Below are positions 50,100-63,896 of a stretch of DNA of 64,000 bases, piece by piece. The stretch's first letter is position 1. Every line of letters begins with the position of its first letter. The notes beneath the pieces were generated by a model that was not told the origin of the DNA, did no database searches, and saw only the letters and a program-made list of their open reading frames with translations. A program made the position numbers and the translations under genes. Source of the stretch: Octopus bimaculoides (lineage: Eukaryota); contig NC_068997.1 of NCBI RefSeq assembly GCF_001194135.2, forward strand, positions 47,237,367 to 47,301,366, given 5' to 3'.

Positions 50100-50262
50100 T
50101 ATACATTCTATATTTTCTCTCCTTGTTTCTTTCTGAGGAAGAGCGTAGGCTCGAAACGTTAAAGACTTTTTCACTTCCCGAGCGTGAAACTAATAGATCT
50201 GTTTGTTGTCTACACCTCCTGTCTTCGTCTTTTGTTTTTTTTGTGTGAATTCTCCCCCCTCT
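50100..50262 (+). repeat. Penelope-like terminal-repeat family copy carrying a minimal hammerhead motif (other copies at ~58540-58700 and ~62105-62275, both minus)
   Basis: The three copies share CTG(AG/TT)GAAGAGCGTAGGCTCGAAACGT..AAAGACTTT..CCCGAGCG..CTACACC.CCTGTCTTCGTC and a 3' microsatellite. Confidence 0.7.
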
Positions 50263-50329
50263 CCCTCTCTCTCTCTCAATATATATATATAATGCATGCT
50301 CATACAAGATCCGCATTAGACTCCTCATT

Positions 50330-50800
50330 CGTATCATTATCGAACCGAGAGTCTAATTACGGTCCTTCCATAGCGTTACCTGCCACCTTGGGTCTTCTGG
50401 ATACCAATAGTCTGTGCAGCTTGTCCAGCGAGGAATTGCAGAACCGTCTTTCTCATATACAACCAGCTTGATAGTGGGCACAAAAATGTTGATCGACCAT
50501 GACTCAAATATAAGGACAAGCTGAAGAGTAACCTCTTAGCGGTTAATATAGGGCACAACACCCTCGAGCAAACAATCTTGTTGCGAACAAAATGGTGATC
50601 ATCGTGTCAAAATGGTATAAGAGATTTTGTTTCAACCAGCATTAACAGGCTGATGGATGCAAGGCGAAGGAGAAAATCGGCTGCAAACACGCCGCCTGCA
50701 CTGACCCGTAATCCTCATACCTGCAACAACTGCGGGCTTCTCTGTAAATCGTTGGCGAGACTCAAATGACATATTCGACATAAGCATTACGACTGACAAA
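50330..50800 (+). mobile_element. RTE-clade LINE 3' end with a C-terminal C2H2 finger, containing stops
   Basis: YNQLDSGHKNVDRP*LKYKDKLKSNL...W*...CNNCGLLCKSLARLK*HIRHKH. Confidence 0.8.
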
Positions 50801-52259
50801 GAAAGTGTAGGTTGTCGGATCCTCATGTGTCGAAACCAACGAGAGAATCCATAACCATCATATATATGCACACACACACATATCTATATATCTACATACA
50901 TACATACATACATACATACATGTATTATATATAAACTAGAGTAAGTGCAGCATCGACAACAACACCAGCCATAACCTCAGAGATAAAAGGAGTTAAAACG
51001 GAAGAATATATATTTTACGAGGAAGAAGAACAGTTTGTTTCGCGTCATAAAATTTTATTCCGTTGTTTGAACTTTTCGTATTTAACAAACATCCACCTCC
51101 GCAAACCGTTGAATACAAACGCTATCAATCACTAGTTTTCTCTTATTTTTACTGTTTTACCCTTACCGATAGAGATAAAACGAAAAAAAAAAAAAGGTGA
51201 ATTCAGAACATGTTTGGGGGAGTGTGAGTAGAAGCCAGTAAACGAAATACTTCGACGTAATTATAAGTAGAGCACGCTCTATTTTTGTCGATTCACTGCA
51301 TTATTGGAGGCGGGAGAGAAGATGTTTTTCTACACGTGGTTACAGTGTCATAAGTGTCGTGATGGATAGATCATGATGGAAATGTCAAGGATAGGATGTC
51401 AACCAAGGGTTCGCTCATTCGCCAATCAATTAATTTACGTCATTCATGTAATGTCACAAACCAATATATGGTGGCGCTATGGCGACGAGCTGGCAGAATC
51501 ATTAGCACGCCGGGCAAAATGTTTAGCAGCATTTTCTCCGTCTGCACACTCTGAATTCAAATGCTGCTGGGGTTGACTTTGCCTTTCATGGTTTCGGGGT
51601 CGATAAAATAAATATCAGTTGAACAGTGGGAAGGGGCGTCGATGTAATCGACTTAGCCCCTCCCACAAAATTACTCGTCTTGTACCAAAATTTGGAACCA
51701 ATATATGGCAGCGCTCTTTTTGCGTTTCGAGTTCAAATCCCACGCAATTCACCTTGACCTTTTTCACCTTCCACAGTCGATAAAATATAGAATTATTTAT
51801 CTACTTGGGTAGATTTGATATTTCTCTTATAAAACACTCTAGATGAGAATTCAATTATATAGAATAAAAGATTATAAAAGACGTCATTCGTTAAAAATTT
51901 CATGCATCATAAGTAACTCAAGAGTTCAAAGTTTCGTGCAATGCGCTTATCAAATTTTTTGATAAGTGCATTGACGAAAATCTTGGCTCTTGAATTACCT
52001 ATGTAACTTTATAGCCGAATTATATATTATACCCCGTCTCTCGTGGCCAAGTGGTTAGGCTGTTGCACTCAAAATCGTTAGACCGAGGGTTCGATTCCCT
52101 GATTGGGTGGTGCATTGCGTTCTTGAGCAAACACTTCATTTACCATTGCTCCAACCCTCCTTAAATCAGCGGGGATTGTTGGCTTGCTCGCCTAACCAGC
52201 GGGAAGCAAAAGCACATCGTGACCAGCGATGTGTAACATCATCTGATAACCTGGTCGGT

Positions 52260-52322
<63 letters not shown>

Positions 52323-53439
52323 CATATGTATGCATGTATGTATGTATGTATGTGTGTTCGTCTTCCATCACTGCTTGACAACTGATATTGGTTTGCTTAC
52401 GTCCCCGTTACAAAGTCGTTCAGCAAAAGAGACTGATAAAATAAGTAGCAGGTTTACAAAATTAGAGAATATGTTTGACGAAACCCTTCAAGGCGACGCC
52501 CTAACACGACCCCAGTCCAAGAACTGAAACAAGTAAAAGATATGATACACACACACATGTATTAATTTCTATTCCTGTTTCTTCTAATAAACCAACTCAC
52601 ATGCGCACGCGCACGCGCACACGCACACGCACACACACACACACAGCCAGGAACCTATGAGCGTGTGTGTACCATTTAATATTTATTTTTATTTTGTGCT
52701 TTTTGCAAATTAGACGGTCGGCTAACGGCGAACCCATTTCAGTTTTTGAGAAACCCCACTCGGTCTGAAACTAAGATGTCACAAGAAGAAATATATCTCC
52801 CCACAGAACATATTTAAACACTTTAAATTCAATTGACCTTTCGTTACACAAACTAAAAGCTAAACTTGTCATGCTTCACTGTTTATATTCAAACAGTTCC
52901 GTTGTCAATATTTGCCGATTGCTGTGTGTAGACCTAATCAATAAAGAGAGCAACTCCATGACAGTTCCTCTTTTCTGACTGTCGACGGATGCTCCCTTCA
53001 TCGAAAGATCTCGTTCATTTTCCAACCATACTAAAATTATAGCGGCCATTTTGAAAGCAGACTGCTGGTAAAAACAAATATTTTTATTTGATCGGTTTTA
53101 ACTGTTGATATTTCCTTCGTTGAAGAATTTCTTATTGCATCTGGTCACATCTGCTGAGCCATTGGTCAACAATTCTGTTAGCTTTACTGGCCTTTTTCTG
53201 GAAAAAAAGAACAAAAATATGTGAAGAAAAACTCAAACAAAACGCACGGAACATTAAAAAGCTGACTAATTTATGAATGAGAAAAACAATATTAAAAAAA
53301 AAAAAAAACATCAATATTATTCACCTAAAATAAAATTGCCCCTCTCTCTATTGTAGCCTCATTCAGCTGAAGAGAATCTTAGTCTTGCGAACTACATAGC
53401 GACTGCACTAGTACAATGTGCCATAAAGAAAAGCACCCA

Positions 53440-53486
<47 letters not shown>

Positions 53487-54229
53487 TATATGTGTGTGTG
53501 TGTGTGTGTGACTTAGTATACGAGTGTACTCAGTTGCATCCCTTTATCTGAAAATGGTAAGTTCGTCATTCGATAAATAACAACGACAAAATAATCACCA
53601 TACTGAAACGTTTGCTGGAATCAATATGATTGATAAAAACACTTGAAAGTGATATCCCAGTAGCATGGCCGCTGTCCAATGATTGAAACAGGTAAAAATG
53701 AGTAAAAGTGTAAGCAGTATTGTATGGAATGTAGAACAAGAAGTACACATACGGAAAGAAATGCTATAATAACTGTATTATATATACATAAAGTCAATAA
53801 GGCTGACTATAATGTAAAATATATGTAGGAGCAACTTCAGGAAATTTGCGAATTATACGTAACCAACACAATAGCGGAAGGAAGCTTAAGGAGTGTATAA
53901 GAATAAAATATCATTGTACAGAAGGCATTGATGTAACAAATGTAAATTGAAAAGAATGTCTAAATCCGTATTTATCAAAAGCAAATTATAGAGAACTCTG
54001 AGAAAACGAAAATGACAAGATAGTCCGGTATTCAACATGGCATTAATTACTCGTCCTTGGGATTAAGTAAAAAGAGAATGTAATTTCCCAACTAGTGTTC
54101 TTAATTTTCTTCTTAGATCTAATAATGATTAATGAGCTGATGGGTAAATGTATTGTATAGAAATGATTTCAGTAGCATTGGCATAACACGGACAGATTTT
54201 AGTTTGCATACAAACATATATGTTTATAC

Positions 54230-54326
<97 letters not shown>

Positions 54327-55734
54327 NNNNNNNNNNNNNNNNNNNNNNNNNNNNNNNNNNNNNNNNNNNNNNNNNNNNNNNNNNNNNNNNNNNNNNNNNN
54401 NNNNNNNNNNNNNNNNNNNNNNNNNNNNNNNNNNNNNNNNNNNNNNNNNNNNNNNNNNNNNNNNNNNNNNNNNNNNNNNNNNNNNNNNNNNNNNNNNNNN
54501 NNNNNNNNNNNNNNNNNNNNNNNNNNNNNNNNNNNNNNNNNNNNNNNNNNNNNNNNNNNNNNNNNNNNNNNNNNNNNNNNNNNNNNNNNNNNNNNNNNNN
54601 NNNNNNNNNNNNNNNNNNNNNNNNNNNNNNNNNNNNNNNNNNNNNNNNNNNNNNNNNNNNNNNNNNNNNNNNNNNNNNNNNNNNNNNNNNNNNNNNNNNN
54701 NNNNNNNNNNNNNNNNNNNNNNNNNNNNNNNNNNNNNNNNNNNNNNNNNNNNNNNNNNNNNNNNNNNNNNNNNNNNNNNNNNTATATATATATATATATA
54801 TATATATGTTTGGTAGAACGAACAGGATAAATAGAACTCAATACTGGGAATTTATATTTTATTACTCTTAATCGGCAGAAGTTACAGAGTCACTTAAGGA
54901 CTGAGAGTTTCGTGTAAGGCATTTATCAAACTGTGAGAAGTGCCATGAACGAAAGTTTTAATCCTCGAGTCACTTTGTAACTTCTACCGATTATACATAC
55001 ACTCACGCAGAGTTAAAGGCGTGACATTGCATCTTTTGGGCGATAACTGACGAGGAATGAGCAACGTGCCATTTTGTGTGTGAATTTTCCGTTTCTTCCT
55101 TTGTGTTTCTGCTTACATTTTAGAACTATACGAGAACCAAGGAATAAAAACGAATAAGAAACTGATATCGAAAAGGTATAAAGCCTAAAGAAACGTTCAA
55201 TCTGTTGTTCTATCAGCTACTGCACTCCCAGTGTCACCGTCATCGCTGACACTACCACAGTTACTACTATCTTCACTCCTAATATCATCATGTTTGATAT
55301 TAAATACTGTATCTGAACAACATTTTCTTATAAAGGTTCGATGTCATACAATTTTGAGAATGTCGACGACGCGGTTTGTGAGTTGCCGCTAATAACGGCC
55401 ATAGTACATATAACGTCGATCCTGAACGAATGAAAGTGTGATGACCCCGGTGAGATCTGAAAGTAATGGAAAGTAAAAGTTATCGATTTTGACAGAGAGA
55501 AAATCGAGGTTTTGTGATGTTCATGCTTCACTGAACAGTATAAGAAAAAGGAAATGATATGCATTGTATCGAACTTGGTTTATTGATAATAAAAAAGCGC
55601 CACAAGTTACAAGTTTCCAGCGAGCCAGTCAACAACAAGGGAGTATCTGGTACATAGGTGTGGAACAAATATAGTAAAGTATATCGTTCGAAAAGTACCG
55701 CATCCGTTCTCAAGACACACGCATGTTGCAATAT

Positions 55735-55960
55735 AAGAGCTGTGAAATATATTGGTTCCAAATTTTGGCACAAGGCCAGCAAGTTCGTGCAAGGGGGAGA
55801 GTCGATTATATCGATCACAGATACTTATTTTATCGACCCCGAAAGGATGAAAGACAAAGCCGATCACGGCGGAACTTGAACTTACAGAGTAAAAAGCAGA
55901 CGAAATGCCGCTAAGCATTTTGCCCGGCGTGTTAACGATTCTGCCATCTTGCCGCCTTAG
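55735..55960 (-). mobile_element. SINE family 2 copy (others at ~51480-51705 +, ~61012-61225 +, ~63465-63625 +, ~34455-34595 -, ~61790-61905 -, ~47180-47330 -, ~670-810 -)
   Basis: Direct sequence matches among the copies. Confidence 0.8.
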
Positions 55961-57085
55961 TTGTAAAATATATTAAAATATAATTTGCATAATGCAAACC
56001 GTATCTGACATGAAATTCAAAGTATTGGGTGCAATAGATATGTTTATTATATCATAATATGATTCGTCTCAGGGGTAACGTGAAATGATGTACCTTGTTC
56101 AAGAACGCAATACACCACCCAGCCTAGAAATCGAATTCACGACATTAAATGGTCGTGAGTCAGCACCCTAACCACTAGGCTACATGCCTTCATATATGGA
56201 CACGCGATGCTTCCCGATTATTAAAAAAAAAACAAAAACATTTGCAAGTATTGATTAATCAGAGGTTTATTGTAGAAGATACTAATTTAAAGTGCCGTGC
56301 ATTGGGATCGAACGTGGTCCTCGTGGTTTCTAAGCGTATTTCTAAACCACATTGCTATGTCTGCACTCAGGCTTATTTGATAATGAAAGCTAGAATTTTT
56401 TGTTCAGCTGAGGTGTAACGTGATGATATGGCCTTCATATTGTTATATGGCATTAATGATGTAAGTATACCTGAATTGGATTCTAGGCGGGAATCGAAAC
56501 CAGTTCCCCATCACCACTAAGAAGCTGAGCCCGGTATATTGAGAAGAAAGAAATGAAAACAAAACGTTAAAAAAGAATTCTTTAACCAAATGTATAGGAA
56601 AACGTGTATATAAAAACTCACACACGTACGAACACACAGATATACAGAAACACACAGCTACACGTACATATACACATCCAGAAATACAGCATATACAAAC
56701 ACACATACATATGGAAGCACACATATACACTTACATGTATTCAGATACTTTTATACATACACAAATACACACATACACAAACACACACACACATATATAG
56801 TAAAACTGCATGGGAAAAAAAATAAGCAAACAAATTTTCCAAATAATTCCTCGTTTTGAGCTAGAATGTGCAGAGAATTTCCTATACAACATGGAAGCGA
56901 CACCAGTGACATGGCGAAATAGGTCAGGTATTGTTTACTGGCAGACATGTTTGGTGTGGTTATTTATTTATTGATGATGGGGATGATGATGATGATGATA
57001 GGTATGATGGGAAGGAGCGATGGCAGTTTTTCTTTTCGTAAAGGTAAAATATAAAAATAAAAACAAAATTTAATTCCAGTATATA

Positions 57086-57125
<40 letters not shown>

Positions 57126-60021
57126 CATTCACGTGCACACCTTGTGAGTGAATGAATGTGTGTGTACAGAAATTCTACCATGAGAATTATTGATTTTACT
57201 ACATTGATTAGCAACAAGGCTTTTTACATATAAAGATTTACAAGGGAAAAATCGGAAAGTTGTGGCGTTCATGGCTTTCTTAACAATATTAATGTTGTAA
57301 GCAAAAGCGAATCGGGGGAATCGATGCCGAGCGGAGGATCTTAAAACCAACAAACAAAAGCAAATATTTCTTTGTTAATTAGGCGCAATATTAATTTGTT
57401 GGGAGTAAAGGAGGCAATTGGAAGGTATAGATGATTGATTGGCTGGACCTCGTGATGTGAATAAATAGTAAGATGTGGAACAGGTATGGCTGAGTGGTTA
57501 AGAAGTTCGCTTTCCAACCGCATGACCCCACGTTCGATCCCAACTGCGCGGTAAATTGAACAAATGTCTTCTACTGGAGAATCGTGTTGACTAATAATAT
57601 CTGGTGAGAGAAATTTGGAAGATAGAAACCGTTCGTTATGTGTGTGTGGCTTAGTGGTTAGGGTGTTGCACTTATGATCGGAAGATTATGGTTTCGATTC
57701 CTGGACCAGATAAATCAAAAATAGGTGTGTACTTTATCTCCCTTTTGTTTCATAATTTAGCGCTTTGACAAAAAGACATTGATAAAATGAGGACTGAGGT
57801 TTAATGTAATCGACTAAAATTAGTAAAAAGTGTAAGAGAACATAGCACATCTTGCTATCAGGAGTATTCTCCAACTGCTAAATGTTGTAAGTATTGATTA
57901 AGACACCCTATAAAAAAAAATCGAAGGTCCTTCCCAAGCCATAGGTTCATAAGACTGGTTTTTCGGATTTTGTGGCGAATATATCCGCCACGTAGACAGG
58001 ATACTGGTCTGTAGCAGGTTTACTAATTTCTGCGAGCGAAGTGAACAGGAGCGACGTGAAAAAGTATTTTGGTCAAGGACATAAGCATTACCCAGTCTAG
58101 GAATCGAAACCACAACTTTGGGTGCAACACCCTAAGCATTAAGCCACGCGCCTCCAAATCGATCACCTGATATATTATGTATATCACGTGATCGACCAGA
58201 ATATTGGATGTTGTCATACACCGTTGGCCACAATGCGCTTTGCATCGTTTTAGCTTCGGTATGACACTAATCTGCTGGCTTGGCCAGCGGGCCAGCATTG
58301 CCGCCAGACCGAAAGGCCAGACCGTCGCAGGGTTACACACATTTACAGCTGAGTGAACTGGAGCAACGTGAAATGCAGTGTTTTGTTCAAGAACACAACG
58401 CACAGCGGGTCTGGGAATCGAAACCACGATCTCACGCTCGTGAGTGAGACACACCTAACCACTAGGCCATGCCCCTTCACGCACACTTTCTTTCTTTCTC
58501 TCTCTCACACACACAAATATAAATATATATATATATATGGGAGAATATACAAAAAATAACAACAGACGAGGACAGGTGGTGTAAATAACAAAAGTATATA
58601 TTAGTATGACGCTCGGGAATGCGGAAAGTCTTTGACGTTTCGAGCTACGCTCTTCAACAGAAAGAATACGGAGACAAGGAGAAAAACACGGAGAAAAAAA
58701 ATTGAATAGTGTTCAGTCAACGGTCAATCATAATAATATATATATATATATATGTATATATATAACACTATTATAATGAACACAACAACTTCTTGTTCCT
58801 GTGGGTGGGGAATTCAAACGAATCCTCTTCAGACTTTATGTAAATAGAAATCCTCCTCCTCCTCATCACCATCATCATCATCAGCAGCATCAAGTGCCTG
58901 TAGGGTTTCAATTTCGGGTTAGAATCATTTCATTTCGCTAACCGTCCCAAAGGCACCTGGGAAAAGAATAACCGTCACCACTTCATATTTCTTTCGCTCT
59001 CCAAAGATTCCAGGCTTCGTAGCCTAATTAATAAATTATGTCAGTGGAGATAGCAGACTCGATAGCAGGTCAAATATGAATTTATACGGTCCGAGTTCAA
59101 ACCCAACCGAGATTAGCATTTCATTTTTTTTTTCATTTCCCTACATGGGGATCAGTGAAATAAGCACTCGTCTGCAATATACGGGTGGTATTGGGGCAAC
59201 GAGATTTTTGTTTTTTTATCGACTGTATTACGTACTTATCCACTCCCCTGTGAATTTGTGGGCATCATTCCACAATTAGAAAGCATTTATTAATGAAATG
59301 ACGACAGTGGCAAGTTTTCAAAAAGCTAACATGAACGAACATTCTATACAAATACGAGAAGGAAGTGTGTGTGTGTAAGGGGGTGGGGAACTTCTCCCAC
59401 TCCAGTAAACAAAATAAAAACGATTTCTGAATAAACAAGCTGAAAAAAAAAAAAATAAACGTCATTATTGATTATTGATTACGTTGGTGATGGTTTTCTG
59501 AAGAGAAATAACAAAGAAAAGTTCCAAAACAAAAAAGTAACCAAANNNNNNNNNNNNNNNNNNNNNNNNNNNNNNNNNNNNNNNNNNNNNNNNNNNNNNN
59601 NNNNNNNNNNNNNNNNNNNNNNNNNNNNNNNNNNNNNNNNNNNNNNNNNNNNNNNNNNNNNNNNNNNNNNNNNNNNNNNNNNNNNNNNNNNNNNNNNNNN
59701 NNNNNNNNNNNNNNNNNNNNNNNNNNNNNNNNNNNNNNNNNNNNNNNNNNNNNNNNNNNNNNNNNNNNNNNNNNNNNNNNNNNNNNNNNNNNNNNNNNNN
59801 NNNNNNNNNNNNNNNNNNNNNNNNNNNNNNNNNNNNNNNNNNNNNNNNNNNNNNNNNNNNNNNNNNNNNNNNNNNNNNNNNNNNNNNNNNNNNNNNNNNC
59901 TCTACAAAAAATACAACACCCTGAACAGACCTAAAAGTGCTGCCTCTCTAAAAGTGTCGCCTGGGCGAAACGCTCCTCGCTCCCTACTCTAGGTACGCTA
60001 CTGATGTTAGATAACGTAGAG

Positions 60022-60067
<46 letters not shown>

Positions 60068-61580
60068 CAAGAAGGAAGCCTTTGTGTTGTCGCTCGACAT
60101 AATAGCCCAATCTCCGTCATATACTATATTCTACTGCTGAAGAGAGAAGATAGAGAGAGAGAGAAGACAGAAGATAACAGTTGTAGATAGATGGCATAAA
60201 AATAAAAGATGGAATCGTCACAATTGGAACATCTTTTGCTCATAGGTCTGCCGATCCAGAAGAGAAAAACCAGACGCTTTTTAAAATATACACACATCGG
60301 TCCAATGAGGGAGCCTCTACGCGGTCGCTCGATCTGCTGGTAATAACAGCCGAAAATACTTCACAACATACATTTTTACCGTCTTAAGAAATTAGACAAG
60401 GGATGTAATACCTTTCTAAGACGGATGGTCATGACAGAGAATTTTTTTCTATTCATTTCAATTTTTGTTTTCTTCTTAACTGATAAACAAACTTCGACAA
60501 TCCGGCGCCATTCAAACCGTTGAGGCCACTCTCTGCGACCTTGCTCCATGTCAGAAGTATCTCTCTCAGTTTGTCTTAGTCTGTTCTACGCCAGGTTACA
60601 GAAATGTCGACAACAATGAAAATCCATGACTGGAATACCATTTCTTGATGATGAACAGAAATAAAGTCATGGAATGGAAGAAGGTACAGGAAAAGTCACG
60701 GCTTTGTTGAGCAGAAAGATGTCACTTTATTTTTATTTAAATACCACGAACAATATGAATAATATTTGAAGTCCTTTATTAACTGACAGAAACACGACTT
60801 GTACACAATGACAAAGAGGAATTGGCGAGATTTAGGTTTAGGTACATACTGTGTATTTGTGGGACCTAATAATGAAACCAAAACAATCTGGGAAAAAATA
60901 CAAAATAGGTTTGGACATTCCGAGTAAACGTAACGAGTATGTAAATACTTAAAAGTCACTTATGAAATGTTATTAAACAGATATATATTAATTTAATATT
61001 CTACTTGGCTAAGGCAGCGAGCTGGAAGTATCGTCTGTGTGCACGCTGGGCAAAATGCTTAGCGGCATTTCGTCCGTCTATGTTCTGAGTTCAAATTCCT
61101 CCGGGGTCGACTTTTCCTTTTATCCTTTCAGAGTCGAAATAAATACCAGTTGGGTACTTGGGACAATGTAATCGACAGTCACCCTCCTCTAAGCTTGCTG
61201 GCCTTGTGCCAGAATTTGAAATCATCATCGTTATTATTATGGGAGAACAGTGCATGCCATCAAAGTGATGCTGGGTACAAATATACGAAGCCCAATATAC
61301 ACATCATGTCTATCCTTCTCATAAAGGTACACCAGGCACATGCATCACAACCAAATGTGCGCTACATGGTAACCTCATACCAACATAAACAACGTATGAC
61401 CTTGCGGGTGGGGCCCAGTTAGAATTAGCCCATCCTGCTAAAAAGGTCCCTAAATAACGGTTGTTAAAGGATGATGAACGAAACATCCATCTAAATTATC
61501 ATTCAAACCCCAAAGGATCCCTCACAACACATTGCTATGATGTTCCTCCCACTATTCCTGCTCGCAATCAGAGATGCACA

Positions 61581-61614
<34 letters not shown>

Positions 61615-62329
61615 ATAATAATTATTATTATTATTATTATGATGATGATGATGGCTTGGTTTATTATTCTGGTAACCTTTCTAATTTGTCTTATGTTTAA
61701 AGAAATTTGACATTGTGATTATTATTTGGTTTGTCGGCCTTTCGAAGTTATTTGAACAACTTCATTAACTTTAATTTAGGGGAACGGGCCAGTCGATTAG
61801 ATTGACCCCAGTACGCAACTGGTACTTAATTTATAAACCCCCGAAAGGATGTAAGGCAAAGTCGACCTCGGCGGAATTTGAACTCAGAACGTAGCGACAG
61901 ACAAAATCTGTTTATAAACAAATAATNNNNNNNNNNNNNNNNNNNNNNNNNNNNNNNNNNNNNNNNNNNNNNNNNNNNNNNNNNNNNNNNNNNNNNNNNN
62001 NNNNNNNNNNNNNNNNNNNNNNNNNNNNNNNNNNNNNNNNNNNNNNNNNNNNNNNNNNNNNNAAGAGGTCGATTCTCGTTTGAATTCCGTTAGCCCTCGT
62101 TTTTTCATATATAGGGAGAATTCACAAAAAAAAAAAAAGACGAAGACAGGTGGTGTAGTAAACAAACAGATGTATGAGTATAACGCTCGGGAAGTGAAAA
62201 AGTCTTTAACGTTTCGAGCCTACGCTTTTCAACAGAAAGGAACATAGAAAGAAACAAGGAGAGAAAAAAAAAAGAATGTGTAGTGGCTAGCGATATATAT
62301 ATATGCATGCGTGCGCGCGCGTTTGTACC

Positions 62330-62500
62330 CTCAACATCGCTTGACAAGCGATGCTGGTGTGTTTACATCCCCGTAACTTAGCGGTTCGGCAAAAAGCGAT
62401 TGATAGAATAAGTTCTAGGCTTACAAAGAATAAGTCCCGGGGTCGATTTGTTCGACTAAACGCGGTGCTCCAGCATGGCTACAGTCAAATGAAAAACAAA
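62330..62500 (+). mobile_element. SINE family 1, 3' half (similar pieces at ~52350-52540 and ~1-95)
   Basis: CATCGCTTGACAAGCGATGCTGGTGTG...GCGGTGCTCCAGCATGG... Confidence 0.75.
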
Positions 62501-62616
62501 TAAATAAAAAATAAGAATAATGGCTAGAGAAATCCAGTGAAGTAAAATAGGAACCATCAGGATCCTTTGGCAATAAAATGATTGAGAATCACAGAGCTTT
62601 ACACCAATTATGATAT

Positions 62617-62897
62617 ATTCTGTTGTGTCTGGAGAGTCATAGTGCCTTAATATAACACACTCACCGGTTCAATTTCCACTCATTTATTTATTTATTTATT
62701 CCAGATAGCTTTCTCGTCGCTGTATTTGCGATCGTTTCAATGGATTTCGACTTAAAATCCATTGATACGGTCGCAAATGCAGCGACGATAAAGATTTCTG
62801 GAATAAATAAATAAATAAATAAATAACTAAATGAGTGGAAATTGAACCGGTGAGTGTGTTATATTTAGGCACTGCGACTCTCCCAGACACCACAAAA
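62617..62897. repeat. ~280-bp foldback (long inverted repeat with a 7-nt loop)
   Basis: The two ~135-bp halves are reverse complements around loop 62748-62754, including mirrored (TTTA)n/(TAAA)n tracts. Confidence 0.85.
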
Positions 62898-63896
62898 TTT
62901 GTTTCAACACACGAATTCCCATACGGAATCTTGCAAGCCAGATACAAAAACGAAGTATAAAATATTTGATTCTAATAATTTCAACAGGTGAAAAATACAA
63001 CAGAAAAACAACAAAACAAACACCTAAGTTCAATTGTTGAAGATCTATACGTAGAAAAAAGAAAAGACAAGCTACATTCACCCAATTTACAAATAAATCA
63101 TCATTATATGTGTCTAGTGAGATTAATTAAACAGTTAATTACCGTGTCAGTCTATTTTACAGACACAAACAGCACGCTTTAGAATTTTTATGGATACGTG
63201 TAGTGTAAATAATACTTTATGGACCTATGTGGAAGCCTGTAATTACGAAGACTAATTAAATTGATTAATTACTGTTTTATTGTATAGTTTATTAACAATA
63301 AAACATTGTACTTTAGAATTTTTGTAGACGTTCAGTGAGTCCAGACTGTAGTCTCTATGTGGTCCCTCCTGTTTTGTATTGGAGGTCCTTGTTTATGAAG
63401 AAACTCAAGAACTTGTACCCCAGTTCTGATTACATTTAGATAATATTCTTCCAAAATAAAGAGGCAAATTGGCAGAATCGTTAGCGCGCCGGGGAAACGT
63501 GCTTAGCGGCATTTCGTTCGCCTTCACGTTCTGAGTTCAAATTCTACCAAATGCCAGTTGAGCACTGGGGACGATATAATCAACTTACTCCCTCACCCGG
63601 AATTTCTGGCATTGTGCCAAAATTTGAAATTCAGGGAGACTCAGAATGTGACGAGGATGACCATTTGAACTACAAGTACTACTCATATTTGCCAGCTGAG
63701 TGGAGTGGAGCAACGTGAGATAAAGTGTCTTGCTCAAGGACACAACGCGCCGCCGGGAATCGAACTCACGACATTACGGTCGTGAGCTGAACACCCTCAC
63801 AACTGAGCCACGTGTTTTCACATCGAACACACACACACACACACACACACACAAAACAAAAGACGTAGAAGGAAGATAAAACATGAAATTCACAAA

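Noticed and set aside
52035-52110. tRNA-like sequences at ~52035, ~39160, ~29930, ~47440 and ~56130
   Set aside because: They have A/B boxes but no complete cloverleaf or acceptor stem and most continue into SINE bodies, so they are SINE heads or fragments.
53100-53560. Isolated strong splice signals and the KKASKANRIVDQWLSRCDQMQ fragment
   Set aside because: I could not assemble a multi-exon reading frame or recognise a domain.
55435-55465. GTGATGA...CTGA as a C/D-box snoRNA
   Set aside because: The boxes are only ~13 nt apart, there is no terminal stem, and no host gene is evident.
4319-62165. Long ORFs in the track containing X runs or YI/HT/CV/MYV repeats
   Set aside because: They span the 15 N-gaps or (TA)n/(CA)n/(CATA)n microsatellites and have no coding signal.
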